Counted from the first letter of the stretch, positions 14,189 to 28,029 are shown. The stretch: DNA of 64,000 nt from Glaucostegus cemiculus (GCA_976551045.1 CDPCPM010000149.1:496001-560000); one strand, 5' to 3'. Program-made: numbers and translations. The notes: generated by a model from the sequence alone, not told the origin.

Positions 14189-14479
14189 GATAGGATCTTT
14201 ATTAGTCACATGTATATCAAAACACAGTGAAATGCATCTTTTGCATAGTGATTTTGGGGGGCAGCCCACAAGTGTCGCTATGCTTCTGGTGCCAACATAG
14301 CATGCCCACAACTTCCTAACCTGTATGTCTTTGGAATGTGGGAGGAAACCAGAGCACCTGGAGGAAACCCACACAGACACAGGGAGAATGTACAAACTCC
14401 TTACAGACAGTGACCGGATTTGAATCCAGTCACTGGCGCTGTAAAGCATTATGCTAACCACTATGCTACCATGCTGCCC
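14189..14479 (-). mobile_element. Full-length V-SINE, tail type A
   Basis: Reverse complement of the 8978, 33296 and 49728 copies. Confidence 0.92.
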
Positions 14480-15379
14480 ACTATGTTAAAATACAATCGG
14501 AAATTATATTACTCTTTGTATTCAAAGTGACAACTGACTCCATACCATTTCAAAATAGCTTGCCATTTATATTACAGTATCAACATCTCACTGATTGGAA
14601 ATCATGAGGCACATCAAATGCTGACTGGCTGCAAATACAATATACATCTAGAATTCGAAGCAATTGGTGGAAAAAGTACTTTATTTTGGCTTTCTGCATA
14701 GTAGTGACTACTTTAATATGCCCTCGAGTTCAACCTTCACCAGGTATTTTACAGCTATTGTAAGACTCATGCCTATTGATGTTTTCACCTTGGAGATGTG
14801 CTTAACAGCAAGGGGGTTACTTGTGAGATTTACTTAATTACATTCTGCCACTCAGCAAACCACAAATACAAATGCAGATGGCTTCTGGGTTAGCAACACT
14901 TCACCACTGACTACATCAAAGCTTCCCCTAATAAATACAAAAATGAAATAAAAATACTTCATTGATATTTATAATATTTTCATTCTGCTATTCAAATCTC
15001 ATAGGAATAGTTGGTCATCGAAAAATAGAAGCTGTCCTCATTTGTTGATGGTTGTGATTTGATAAAACAAATGGAAGTAGAACATCAAAAATATTCACCA
15101 ATTATTTCTAATGAAGTAAAATTCATTATTATGTGAATAATGCATTAGCAGAAACTCTGTCTAACCAAATGCCATTTTGGGAGGTTTGCCAGCTACTTGA
15201 GCAAGAGGCATTTGGAGAGATCAAATTCTGATTCTACTCTCAGTTGTCACAAATTCAATTGAAGTCAGTTGGCGAGTTGCACCAATTCCTTGGTCAGTTA
15301 GTAGATATACAAAATGATAATATGGCTTCTTTCCACCACTATTAACTATCTCCTTAGCTTATTTTGCTTTTGCATATTC

Positions 15380-16560
15380 CATTTTCACCTCCAAAGCCTT
15401 GGGGAGTTGATAGACACCACCAAGCAAGAGATTCTCTATTCAGCCAAACTTCTGAAGAGCCTGGCCCACCCTTTCCTGAAGAATGGAGTTTCCAGATGAA
15501 GTATTTCATCACCCAACAAAGAATAACCCCTAAAAATATCCCTCAAAGTGTTAGCAATCCATGGACAGAATGACACCCCACCAAATCCCACCAGCCCAAG
15601 ACTAGATATCATTTCAGATAGTTCAATTTCCTCGGGTACTGTTCAGCTGCATTTCAATACAACAACAGGTCGTGTTATACCCTCCGGTTTTAAAACTATC
15701 TCATCTCCAATTTCCTTGCCCTCTCCTAAATAAGTCTATTGTTATCTCTTACCTTAATGTCTATTTCTTTAATAATTCTTAGTTTATAATTTATTCAACT
15801 GCCTTTCCTTTGATGTAAAAGGACCAAAGAGGCCCTAACAAAAAAAAAAAATCACTGAATACCTGCAGTATGATCATGACAAGAGAACCTATCCTACTTT
15901 CTGACACTTGAAATACCAACATCATCTTACTTCAATACTTTTTCTCAGTGATGCACTGAATGGGATTTCCACACTTAGCAATAGCATTTCAGCGACAGGA
16001 TTTTTACCAATGGCTTGCTTTTCTGCACATGGACCACTGAACCTCTACCAGGATCGAGGCCTGACCCATTTCTCTTCAGCATCCTGCTCTTTAGAAACAT
16101 TCAGCAGAGTGGTGATAGTTAGCAATATCACATTCACTGATGAAATCCAGCTCAAGCTCCCATCACCTTTCATGCCTTTGCAATGTTAGATAACTTAGAT
16201 TATCTAGTTTTGACTGAGCCACAATTTCCTCCAATTAAATTATGGGGACACAAAAAGCAAATCTACTGTCTTCAAACATTGCCACAGTATTGCCATCAAT
16301 TCCATTCTAATTTCTTGCCACTTTCTCAGTCTGAAGGATACTATCAGCAGCTTCGGCATCCAATCTGATCATAAACATAGCTTGAAGAAAACTGCCCATC
16401 ATGAAGAATACCTGGTTCAATACCTTTAACGTCACTCATTTGCAACTGTGGCTCAGCCATTGTGACACTGAAGCTCTTATTCATGCCTTAACTGCAAGCC
16501 CAACCTTTACAACAACTCTCATGCAAGACTCTTGCTACCCATTACCTTTGCCTGTGCTAG
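15380..16560 (+). mobile_element. Ancient L2 LINE ORF2 fragment
   Basis: SSISSGTV..F (SLSSGTVP.xFK), xPGSRPDPFLFSI (PQGSVLGPLLF), FTDEIQL (YADDTQL), LSHCDTEALIHA (LS..xAETLIHA) in order. Confidence 0.7.
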
Positions 16561-16627
16561 GTCCTCCCACTTTGCTTGCAAGTTGACATAAATTTCTATT
16601 TATACAAAGAATTTTAAGTAGTAATAC

Positions 16628-17030
16628 TTTCCAAAGCATTTCACAGGAACATTATTAAAGATTTGACTGCAAATCATACAAGTAAATGAGGCAGGTCACA
16701 AAAATTTTGATAAAAGTGTAATTAGTAAGCACTATATTAAAATGAGGAACGAGAGATTTCAAGAAGGACAAGGAAATCTCAAGCTTTGGACCTTGGCAAC
16801 TGGAGAACCAGTGATTTCCTGGAGGGTTATAGGACCACAGGAGATTAGAGGCATGAAGATCCAAGACCATGCACAGATTTTATAAAAAGTTGACCATTTT
16901 AAAATTGGGGGTTGTCTTCACTAGATCTAAACCATATATCAAGCAGTCACATTGTGGGTAATCAACTGGGAAACAAGCAACAGAGTTGTACATGATTTTA
17001 CATTGATGGAGGACAGAACTAGAGAAGATG
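16628..17030 (-). mobile_element. L2 LINE 3' end, degraded
   Basis: caaagcatttcacagg...atttgac...caggtcacaaaaattttg...gctttggaccttggcaactg, typical reverse complement of an elasmobranch L2 tail. Confidence 0.6.
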
Positions 17031-17052
17031 ACCAGGTCTTCCCAATTCCAGA

Positions 17053-17375
17053 AGACCATAAGACATTGGAGCAGAATTAGGCCATTTGACCCATCGTGTC
17101 TGCTCTGCCATTCAATCATGGCTGATTTATTTTGCCCCTCTCAACCCCATTCTCCTGCCTTCTCCCCGTAACCTTTGATGCCCTTGCTAATCAAGAACCT
17201 ATCAACCTTGGCTTTAAATACACCCAATGAATTGGCCTCCACAGCTGTCTGTGCAAATGAATTCCACAGATTCACCACCCTCTGGTTAAAAAAATTCCTC
17301 ATCTCTGTCCTAAAGGGGACATTCTTCTATTCTGAGACTGTGCCCTCTGGTCCTAGACTCCCCTACTACTGGATT
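17053..17375 (-). mobile_element. CR1/HER1 LINE 3' end
   Basis: ccataagacattggagcagaattaggcc...gaattccacagattcaccaccctctgg (QRVVNLWNS on the minus strand). Confidence 0.9.
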
Positions 17376-17764
17376 CTCACTACTACTAATTCAGCAGGTT
17401 TCCCAATGCTTAATTGCTACAAATGCTTGATGTTATCTTCTCTCCTGGCAACACAAAGTTCCATTTCAAAGTTAATTCTCTTTAGGGCCTCATTTCTTCC
17501 TTTCCCATAGAACCTCTTTTACAAATGCTGGTCATACATTGGGTATACAATCAACCAGAATATGTACCATCACTGGCCACCAGGACCCATACTGCCACAC
17601 CAAGTCAATATATGTACTTACATTGTCACTAATTCACACCCTTGTTCCTGTCTATTGGCTACATTTGGGCAGCATTATTGTAATCTTCTACACAGTTCCT
17701 ATTGTTCCTTTTGGCTATTCAACAGGCACCAGAATCATATCTACATCCTGTTGTAACTGCAATC

Positions 17765-17890
17765 TGCTGGAGGAATTCAGCAGGTCATGCAGCATCTGTA
17801 GGAGGAAAGAAGTTGTTGACCTGTCGAGTTGAAACCCTGCATCAGACATTGCTCCAGATTCCAGCATTGGCGGTCTATTGCATCTCTTTT
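17765..17890 (-). mobile_element. Penelope-like element terminal fragment with decayed hammerhead motif
   Basis: tgctggaggaattcagcaggtcatgcagcatctg...; minus strand ctgatgc-agggtttcaactc-gaca. Confidence 0.65.
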
Positions 17891-18899
17891 TGTAACCTGT
17901 TGCCAGCAGTTTTAGGCAGTCTAGTTAGTAATTCTCCCTCTCAATTTTAGTCTCAGTTACTGTTACCAATTTTAACTTTCCTCTTTGCGTCATTGATTCC
18001 ACCTGATAGACCACTCTGGTCCCATCTTTTCAGTTTTTTTAAAAAAAACTATGCTACTCCATGTATTTTCTGGGATTGATGTTGTGTTACATCAGCAGTG
18101 GGAGCTTACACTCTTGGTAGGAGCTGGGCAGTAAAATAAAATACCTTTTGAAAATTCAAGAATAAGACAGATAAATTGCAGACACAAATGTACTGATTGA
18201 ACTAATTAAAAACAAAGAATATATGTAGTGTTGGACATTTGATACTGAAGCAGATAACATTTCTGTGAACAAAATAATGTTAATTTGACTTTTGATGAAC
18301 ATTTATACTTTTAAATTGTTCATGTGTATAGTTGCCTTACACACACACAAAGTTTTATTTTTAAATTAGTCATGCAAGGCTTCAACTGTTTTGTTCAACA
18401 TTCTCCAAAAAGGCATTTACAAGGAGGGCGTTATCCTACTTTACATCATAACCTCTGCATGGTAAGTTAAATATCTGATTACCTCATCCCACTTTTCCAG
18501 CATCCTAATCAGCCTAATTAAACCCTGGTTCATTTTTAAACCTCAGATGACAATTCGTTTAACTCTACCCTGCAGCAGTTCTGTGAAAATGTGAATTAAA
18601 TTTCATCTTCTGACAGCAATTATTAAATGTTCCCAACTGGCCCCAATTAAGCCACAAGGTTTACAGGGCACAAAATCCACTGAAGTATCACCTCTTAGTT
18701 TATTGGTCAGCTACCTTACTTTTATAGTCTCTGTGGCATAATTTACTCAAACACACAATGTCACCTAATCTGCCAAGTAAAACACATTGTCAACTTGCAT
18801 GGATTATCACTAAACAATTTTATTCTGCATTCTGCCTAAATCGCTGCCAAAATCAGATACCAACTTCCTTTATAAAAGAGACAGAGAAACAACTCACAA

Positions 18900-19240
18900 T
18901 TAAATAACATGCTCTCAGGATGTCTTTGAATGCTGTTCACCATTTGAGAAGCATTCCAAGTGCAACTGAAGTTGTACAGGCATTTGCAGCAGTCAAACTG
19001 CAAATAAGATACATAACTAGATAAATTTTGTCAGTTATGCTGGTTGACAAGGGAAAACTGGCCAGAATGCTGGGAGAAATCCCCAATCTCTGAACAATAC
19101 CTTAGAATCCTTAACATCCATCTGAACCAAATAGCAGACACACTATCATTATCAGTAAAGTATATCATTTCCTGAGTACTTCACTGGAATATCAACCTAT
19201 GGTTATGTACTCCAAGCAAGGCTTGAATCCAAACTCCAAC
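18900..19240 (-). mobile_element. Ancient DeuSINE-like element
   Basis: ggccagaatgctgggagaaatcccc..., ctgagtacttcactggaatatcaacctatggttatgtactc...gcttgaatcc, similar to 58150-58550. Confidence 0.55.
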
Positions 19241-19929
19241 TACAGAACTATCAGTTATTTTCTGCATACCATCTTATTCCAGAATAACACAATAGATGCT
19301 TTATGCATGCTGTCAGATCTTAAAATGCTGGGGAATACAATCAACCCATAGACCACAAGTGAAGCTGCCAAACTGTTGTTTATTTATCCAACCTTTACAT
19401 TCAGCTTTTTCATAGGACTTCTAACTTTGAAATTACAACTTTGGTCCCTGCAGAGGTCAGCATGTCTGATTTGCCGTGCTCATGATTTCTTTGGCTATGG
19501 ATACAAAAGTGTCTTTGATTACTTTTAAATATAGGTATAGATGTTGGTTGAGTAGCTGCAATTCCACCCCACTGCAGCCCAACCTCCCCCTCCAACCCCC
19601 AGTCCATACTGTCCTCCAGGGAACAATTAAAATAATTAAGTTTTTAATCAATGGTTTTCAAGGTGTTCCCCATTTTGTTTTGGATGATACATCTTGGGAT
19701 GATGTTCTTCAGAGTGATTGCAATGAGTACTGAATTCTCTTCTTCTTGGATCAGGCTGCTCTTTCCAATCTAGTGGTCCGAGCAATTAGAAGAGTAATTG
19801 TGATCCACGTTTTTTTCTTTTTGTAATCACTCAGTTCTGCACTCATTCTAATGATGTAACTTTTAGTCTATCTTTGTTAAATCAATAGGCAGGATACTGC
19901 CTCATCAATGATCCAAGATATAGAGATAG

Positions 19930-20000
19930 GGTTGGAAATATGTGGCCCTTCAAGCCTGTTCCGCAATTTGACGCGATCATGGCTGATCTTTTCACAGTGC
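19930..20000 (-). mobile_element. Short CR1 3' tail
   Basis: ggcccttcaagcctgttccgcaatt...atcatggctgatc. Confidence 0.6.
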
Positions 20001-21139
20001 ATGAAAACAAAATGTGCATTAAATAAAGGACTACTGTATAAACTGCAAGTGTCTTTAGAAGTTATAAATTAGCCACATTTTTCTATTTGGCAGTTCCATG
20101 CCATTAAAGTGGGCATTATCAGAAAAAATATTTGTCTGACAGTCACTATTACCATCAGTTACAATTGCAAAATACAGCTATAAAATTACTGCTCTCCGGA
20201 GGATCCAGTCCTAAGTCTCTATAATGTCTTGCAACTGAAATCTTATGGGACAAATACACAGAACTTAAAGGACCAAGGTATTACACAATTCTGACATAGT
20301 TTAAAATAAATTTCAGAAATATTTAACTACTAAATGATTACCTAAATTTCTCTATTAATTAGAAAATACTTATTTGATATTGCTGTAATAAATAGTTCTA
20401 AATCTACATGCTTTGATCCACAGTGCACAATTGGTGATGTTTTCCCCAGTGTTACACCAAAACCAAGACTGAAGTATTAACAAACAATGACAAGTTTAAG
20501 GAGTCATGTTGTGAAAATTGAGGAGTGCACTTTTGGGAGTGTTATGACAATACCACCTTGAATGTCTAAGGAAGATAGTGAGTAGGGGTGGGTGGATAGG
20601 AAGTATAAAGCTATCCTTCATATTATAAATTTCTGCTCTAATTTTCTCATAGGTTGAATGATAAATTATAGAAGAATTTCCCATGCTTTCAAATGAGATA
20701 GAATTGCAAGTCAGGCAAGTCGCCCCAGGATTTAGAACACAGTGAGCCGGTACTAACCCAGGGGCACAGATGAATTAAAAGCAGCCTCTTGAGAATGCAG
20801 CAATTCCCGTTCGCATCTGGCTCTCTTTACTCTGAACTCCCAACACCTGCCTGTAAAATCAAATTGTCCTCTGTAGCTTGAAGAATACAAAAAACAGACT
20901 CAGAATATTTCTTCCCAAAAGGTAAGCTTGTACAATTAATAGAAATGCTAAATATAATGGTTGAAAATACGGCAAAACAAATCAGGTTACTCCAGCCCAA
21001 GGCACATCAATCAGAATGAGCTTGAAAATGCCTCCATCAAATATTGGTTCATCAAATGCAACCGTGATACCCTGAATCACTTTAATACAATTTTGGATTG
21101 ATTGCATTAAATTTTCAGCCAAACTACATCAGTACTTAC

Positions 21140-21264
21140 AGGGTGCAGCAGTTTAGAAATAATTTAATACAATTTGTTCTGTAATATGGTTCATCTTCAC
21201 AATGGTATCCATATCCTGCACTGCATTAACACTAACACAGTAAATGGCTTACAAAACTGTGTTT
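21140..21264 (-). other. Candidate non-coding (5' UTR-type) exon, 125 nt
   Basis: Minus-strand acceptor gtgtttttctctttag and donor cct|gtaagta around unique sequence; stops in all frames; no transcript evidence. Confidence 0.25.
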
Positions 21265-21524
21265 CTAAAGAGAAAAACACATATGGCAAAATTAATTTAT
21301 TTTTTCAGTATGAAAGGGAACTTGTATTTTTATGATGCAATGAATGTGAAGGCATACAAGTTCTATGACACTTAAAACTAAAATGTATGTGGTCAGCATC
21401 TTGTCAGCATCACATTGAAGTCCCCACCTATGAGGACTTTCTGCACATTCAATGTAATAAAAAGGGAGTGTGGCACAGTGGTCCAGTAGTAGAGCTGCCA
21501 TCCAGACAGACAATTCCACGCACA

Positions 21525-22297
21525 AGTATATTGAGGTAGTACAAAAGGTAAAAGAATAGAATGCAGAATATAGTGTTATAGTTACAGAGAAAGTACAATG
21601 CAGGTAGACAAATAAAACACAAAGGCCACGATGAGGCAGAGTGAGAGATCAAGAGTTCATCTTTATCGTATAAGAGGTCCATTCAAAGTCTTATAACTGC
21701 AGGATTGAAGCTGTCCTTCAGCCTGGTGGTAACGGTAACAGGGCGGCACGATAGCGTAGCGGTTAGCGCGATGCTGTTACAGCGCCAGCGATCGGGGTTT
21801 GATTCCCGTCACTGACTGTAAGGAGTTTGTACGTTCTCCCGTGTCTGCATGGGTTTCCTCCGGGTGCTCCAACTTCCTCCCACATTCCAAAGGCGTACGG
21901 GTAGGTTAATTTGGGGGTTTAAAAATGGGCGGCACGGACTCATTGGGCCAAATGGGCCTGTTGTCATGCTGTAAATAAAAAGTAAACGTTCTCAAGCTTT
22001 TGTATCTTCTGCCCGATAGAAGACAGAATGACAGGGGTCCTTGAGTGTGTTGGCTGCTTTCCCAAGGCAGTGGAAAGTATGGACAGAATCCACGGAGGGG
22101 AGGCTGGTTTTCATGATGGACTGAGCTGCATCCACCTCTGCAGTTTCTTGCGGTCTTGGGCACAGCAGTGGCCACATTAAGCTGTGATTCATCTGGATAG
22201 GATGCTTTCTATGGTGAGGGTCATGCTGAAAGTCTTTACCCTTCTGAGGAAGTGAAGGTGCCAGTGTGCTTTCTAGGCCATATCAACCACGTGGCTT
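21525..22297 (-). mobile_element. Rex1/Babar LINE 3' part, interrupted by a V-SINE
   Basis: Minus strand AQSIMKTSLPSVDSVHTFHCLGKAANTLKDP, SGRRYKSLR, and UTR; homologous to 1-722. Confidence 0.88.
21741..21981 (+). mobile_element. Young full-length V-SINE, tail type B, nested in Rex1
   Basis: CpG-rich head gggcggcacgatagcgtagcggttagcgcg, B-box ggtttgattcccg, V-domain, CR1-like tail. Confidence 0.93.
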
Positions 22298-24809
22298 TAA
22301 AACTGGTTAAGTGCGTTAACCTTATATTGCAGCCACTAATTCTGATAACCACTTTTGATACACTGAAGCTTCAAATCAGCAATTACCTTGAAAAGAAGCG
22401 TATCAAGTAAAATTCTACTTGAGTTGTTCTGGGTAGCACAAACGGCAGATAATGCCATGATTATATGGCAAGTTTAGTTTAAATTGGATGCATGACCTAC
22501 CTGTTGCTGGAGGAATATTTTAATTTTGGGCAGATGGTGCAGGTAGTACAAGTACTCCTTCACCTGCTCATCAGAAGTCCTTGCTATGAACCCTGAGCTA
22601 ACTTAAAGTTTGGTCCTCAATTGGTCAGTACCAATAGGATGCAAACTAACAAATTATACTCTACATCTCAAAGGCCAGAACAGTCCTAACTAATATCTGG
22701 TAAATAGACACCATTGTCAGCTCTGTTCCATTCCTTAATGGATATAACTTTTTGGTGCTAATTCAATGACAATAAAAGTTTCACTGTAGAGATTGTATTG
22801 TAAACTCAATCTAATTGAAAAATATAGCAATTGTCCAAAAATAATGATTCTAAATATTCATACAACTCAATAGGCATGAGGAGTATGGTTGAGAGAAAGA
22901 TTTGAAGAGACCTTGTATTTACTAAAACTCCTGGCTCTGACAGAGGAGCAAAGGAAGAAATGAATGAGTTTTAAACAATGAACAGAACAACAGAATATGT
23001 AAACTTGGACAAATGACGGGAGAATATTCCTCAAGGTATAGTAAGATTAGTGAGAAACTAGAGGAATGGGTGAGTGGAAGTTGGCAAGGAATATGGTCAT
23101 TTGGCATACAGTATTGGATAGCAATGTGTTCACTGTCAACTGAAATCAATACAAGAGGGAGGCTTGTGACAGCATTTGAAATCCCAAATATTGTGGTGGA
23201 ATTATGAAATAAGATTTCAATGTCAGGGTAGCAACACAGGGTCAATATTCCCCAAGGCAAAAAACATCATTGTTTACTAAATGACCAAATTTATATAATT
23301 ATAATAAGCCCAGCTCAAAGTCAAGCAGAACATTCTGCACTGTATACCATCTGGAAAGGGCAGTATGAATTAGATAGAATGATATGAATCAAATGGAATA
23401 GCTATGCTTTTGCTAATATTGACCTAAAGGAAATTTCAGCTTATCCATCACATGACATTACACACACAGCATAGACTATCAACAGATCTCATAGCTATTC
23501 TGAAAGCAGGAGTTAAGTAGTATGAGAGAAGTGAAAGATAATGCCAATTTTGACAGGGCCCAACATAAAATACAACTTTGGCTAGGTTTCTGGACAGCAC
23601 CAGCTGAGAATGAATGTAGATGCTAATCAAAGATACATATATTCCACAGAATTGAAAAATATGGAACCTGAAACACACTGGACCAAATCTTCTGTTGATT
23701 GGCAAGTTATCCATCTCACCTGTCTCTGGGCCCTTAGATCACTCCATTTTCTACAGCCTGACCCAGGGTATAGTCTTCCTTGGAAAGACCTGCTCCTTCC
23801 CAGCAGTTCCTTCACAGTCACAAACATTCAAAAATGCTCACTCAATGATAAAAATAATTTTAAGAAAAAAATATTTTATTGAAATCACTAATAACACTTG
23901 TACACACAGAAAAATTAAACACATTTAAATCAAATGAATCGACAGGTGGATTGATCCAACCATACTTATTATAGCCATTCCTTGCTATCCCTCATGAGCT
24001 GGGAAATGAGGAAGTCCGCAATGCCCTGTAGGAGTCTACCACATTGTGCAACTGTCACAGAGGCAGCAGTTACCTGAGGCAGAAGGCTCTGCCTATTTAA
24101 GTACTGAAGAGGAAAATCTGACTCACTGTTTCAGAGGTCACTATCTTAGGCACCTTCTGAAATTATTTCTGTGAGCAAGGAATTCTACAAATTATGGATG
24201 CCAATGACATTCAAATGTTTTGCCACTGGTATTATATTCATCAAATGAATCCATATTATAAATACAGTTCTGTGTTCTACTTAGTAGTAAAGTATATGCT
24301 ACTTCATGAGTATGTTTTAAATATGGATGGTACAAATACCAATCCTGATACTTTTGAGATGAGGGGAACAAAAACCTAATAAACCTTGTCAATATGCATC
24401 TTTTGCAATGCTGCAATATTGGTTAAAAGCAGCACTTGAATGGCAAGTTAAGCCAAGGTGATATAAAGAAAGTAAACTCAACGGATTTTTCAGATAAAAT
24501 ATAAAATCAATGTTAGTAAATGATGAATCAGACCACGTGCAAGCTCTAAATTTATTTCAAAAATGTTTTACATTAAAATTTCCCGAGTAAATATAAATAA
24601 TGGTTATTTGAGAATACATGGCTCAAAGTAACATTTGGGCAGACTGTGGCAAGTTGCTTACCGATAGTGTTCAAATAAAAGAGCATTTGAGTTTTTAAAT
24701 ATTACTCATCCTTCTAATTAATTCTGTCAATATAGAATTTTACATTTTGCTGTTTTAATTACCATTTTACAAAAACCATAGCAGCTAAACTTTGGTGCAT
24801 GCAAAGCGA

Positions 24810-25282
24810 CTGCAATAAACTCTTGTTTATCCAGTATTTATGTATCTGGAATTCTCTTGTAACCAGCAAAATTTGTATTTTTTTTAAATGAAAATAAGCT
24901 CAGTGAATTTTATTTCAAGTATTATGCAAAATAAGTCTGAAGAGTCATTTTTAGTTAATTTACATTTATACGCAAGGGCTGTGCAGTAGTTGGCTGATTA
25001 GCAGCAACATTCTCTTTGATGCTTCATATGGTGAGTACAGTCATTCATTTGATTTATTTTTATGGTATTTTTCTTTAAGGCTAATCAGTATTAAAGTATA
25101 CAATTCCAGTGTAAAACATTATTAAAAAGGGCAAGGTGATGACATTATAGTCTGGTAATTTATTTAAAGTTTTAAGCTTGGAATACTAGTGTGTGATGTA
25201 CAGTAATGATTTTTTAAGCAATTCTCATGCAACTGGCCCAACCCCCCTCCCCATGGATGTCAGATGTCTCGGAATATACTGA
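24810..25282. mobile_element. Possible degraded Tigger/pogo-like non-autonomous DNA transposon
   Basis: Imperfect termini caataaactcttgtttatccag ... tcagatgtctcggaatatactg resemble CAGT...ACTG inverted repeats. Confidence 0.3.
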
Positions 25283-26049
25283 AATAATTTTTTCACTCTG
25301 GTTTCTTCATACAAGAGATTAATAAATATTTATTTGTAACATCTTTAGCATTGCCCTCAGAGCACATCAAAGCGCTTCACAACAGTTAAGTTCAGGTAAT
25401 TTTCATTATAATGAACTATGCTTATTAGTATATTACTGGCAAGACTCATTTTTATTGGAATTCAGTCCCAATGGTGTATTGATCCAGGTACAATGATGGA
25501 ATTGAAGATGTTTAATTGCTATTGCTTTTCTAACCATGTACAATATATGTGTTTATTGCCCAATAAGATGGTTCAAATGCAAAAGCGAAGGGCTTAGAAA
25601 ACTAATTTCAAAAAGGTAACCGACACTTATATACAGGGAATATACAAGAGATCCTTGTATTTGAAAATAAATTTAAAACCAGGATTTTGCACTATAACAA
25701 AAAGTTGCAACCCACAATCTGTAAAAAAAAAATTGTTTTAACAAAGATTGTTGCAACCACATGAACCAAAACAGGGAAAATCTCTGCAGATGAAACCCTG
25801 ATTCACAAAAAATAAATCTCTGCAATTTATAAAAATCTTAATAAAATAAACTATCAATGGTTTAAAACTGCAATACAGAATGACATTTTAGTGTTGGGTG
25901 ATATGTTACATGCAAAGGCAGAAAGACATTGGCTATTGGAAACACCAAGAAAAGCACAATGTTACAGAGATTAGGTATTAAAATACTATTTCATTAATAG
26001 TTGGTTATTTCTTTACTTTCAACATATTGATTCAACATAACTGAACTTT

Positions 26050-26405
26050 ACTATAAGAAATCTGTGAATCGCAGTCAGAATTGTAAAATAAGCAAATATT
26101 GCCAATTTGCACTCAGCAAAATGCCACAATTAACAATCAGATTAATGAGATTATCTGTTTCAGTGCTGTCGGGAATAAATGTTAGCCAGGAACCAGATTC
26201 TTTACTTTGAATAGTACCATGGGACTATATGTGTTCAGACAAACAGGAAACTGCTTGGATATCTCACTTTAAAATGCAGCATGCCCTAGAGTGCAACAGT
26301 TCCCCTGTATGGCATGAGTGCTGGCAATTGTACTCATAAATTAGCATAGAGTTTGAACCCACACCTTTCTATGTCAGAAGATAATGTAATACGCTTAAAC
26401 CTGAA
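26050..26405 (-). mobile_element. Ancient DeuSINE-like element
   Basis: gccaatttgcactcagcaa...ataaatgttagccagga...gaatagtaccatggga...tttgaacccacacc. Confidence 0.65.
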
Positions 26406-27409
26406 CTAAGAAAATATACTTGACTGAATACTCAACAAGTTATTTTTTTCATGCAGCACCGCATTTTTATCTAACACTCCCAGAAATTTCTTTGAGGACC
26501 ATGCACTTACATAGTAAGTTTTAATGTCATTTAAACAGATTTCTTTAGTGCATACAAGGCCCAATAAGCCATGCAAGAGTGCGCTCAACAGTGAGCTTAG
26601 GGGTCTTTTGGCACTGATTAAGGGAACTAACTTTACCCTGTTCATTGCCAGGGTTGGGAGGTGTCAAATGTATTACAAGTATCTTCCTTGGTGCTTAGTC
26701 TCACACCTTATTTCCACCCATGCTGCCCATGTCGTTTTAGTCCGTATTGTCTCTGACTCCCAGCCACAACCAGCCTATTCCCAGCACTCACAATCACAAA
26801 CATCCCTTCCCCGATGCTGCACCATTCTCTAATGCTGGTCCATCATTTGATCTTACCCCACACCCTCCCCCACAAAACCCACTACCCCAATCCCAATTAA
26901 TTTACCGTAAATCCCTCCCCTTCACAATCCCTGCCCTATACAATCGCCTCCATTGTGGTGTATTCTGTTGTGGGGTTCGGGGAGGAACTAGCATAGACCT
27001 ACTTTACCTTTTGAAGCATAGCAGAACACTCAGGCTAATGTTTCTGCAATGTGTTATATTTTAGTAAATAGGAAACTGCTTTTCTGATGTCTCTGATACA
27101 TTAGGAGCCCAACAACTTTCACAAAAGAGTTAGAAAAGTGTAGGAGAAAGTAGAAGTGCAGGAAAATATCTGCCAAAATTGGAATGCACCAGTAACCTGT
27201 GCCCAATTAACCGAATACAAGAGAAGCACAAAGTTCTTATTCCCTTCCCAACTGCAGCTTTCAGCCATCATCAACCATGCTGTTAATTGCATTAGTGCAA
27301 AGTCACAGGGTGCAATTTCATGAATAACTAGCATCCATGAGGCTTGCTTTCACATGATGCTTACATCTCTGTACCTCATTGCTTATAAGCACTGGTGGAA
27401 GCCAATCTA

Positions 27410-27628
27410 AGTGCTCAGGAAGCTTGCAGTTAGTCTAACATCTGCTGTTGGGAAAATACTGAAATCTTGCTTTAAGGAGGGAATTGCAGGGCATTTAAAA
27501 ATCATATGAAATCAAGGAGCGCCAAAATGTTTTTTTGTGAAAGGGAACATCTATGAAAGTTCTTAAAGGATGCAACAGAGAATGATTAAAAAGGAAAACA
27601 GGATGATACAGTGTACAAGGCTTTCTAG
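27410..27628 (+). mobile_element. CR1 ORF2 internal fragment
   Basis: VSLTSAVGKILKS...IAGHL...FVKG. Confidence 0.7.
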
Positions 27629-27629
27629 T

Positions 27630-27790
27630 ATAGTCAGCACAGCAGCCTCAGTTCTTGAGACACAGGCTAAATCTTGACCTCCATTTATGCAGGGTTTGTA
27701 TGTTCTACACATGACCATCTCCCTAACCAGGTTGGCAGCTGAAATGAGTGCTGTAAATTACACCTTGTTTAGTTAAGTGACAAAAGAATA
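27630..27790 (+). mobile_element. Old V-SINE remnant
   Basis: tagtatagtcagcacagcagcctca...gggtttgtatgttctacacatgacc...tgtaaattac. Confidence 0.5.
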
Positions 27791-28029
27791 AATAAAGGGA
27801 AGCAGCTGGATATGTGGCTACCTACTGTGATGTAAAAGGTAAATAAGGTACTACATAAAAAGTTACTGCACCAGGTATGAGTGAATGAGTTTGGGAAAAT
27901 TTAATTTACCAGCATGGAAAGGAGATTGGGTTAACAATAGCAAATAGAATCAAGTGGGTCATTTATTGGGGTAGCAGTTAATAACTAATGGAGTACTGTG
28001 GCCAAATTTCTTTATGTAACCAGTGCACC

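Noticed and set aside
15380-17030. Adjacent opposite L2 pieces as a single inverted insertion
   Set aside because: Tail-to-tail orientation with apparently overlapping consensus positions suggests two independent insertions
21741-21815. tRNA gene
   Set aside because: The tRNA-like sequence is the head of a V-SINE and continues into the V-domain without a terminator
22960-23400. Possible very old CR1 remnant
   Set aside because: Only isolated EW..WQ and FG hints; too degraded to call
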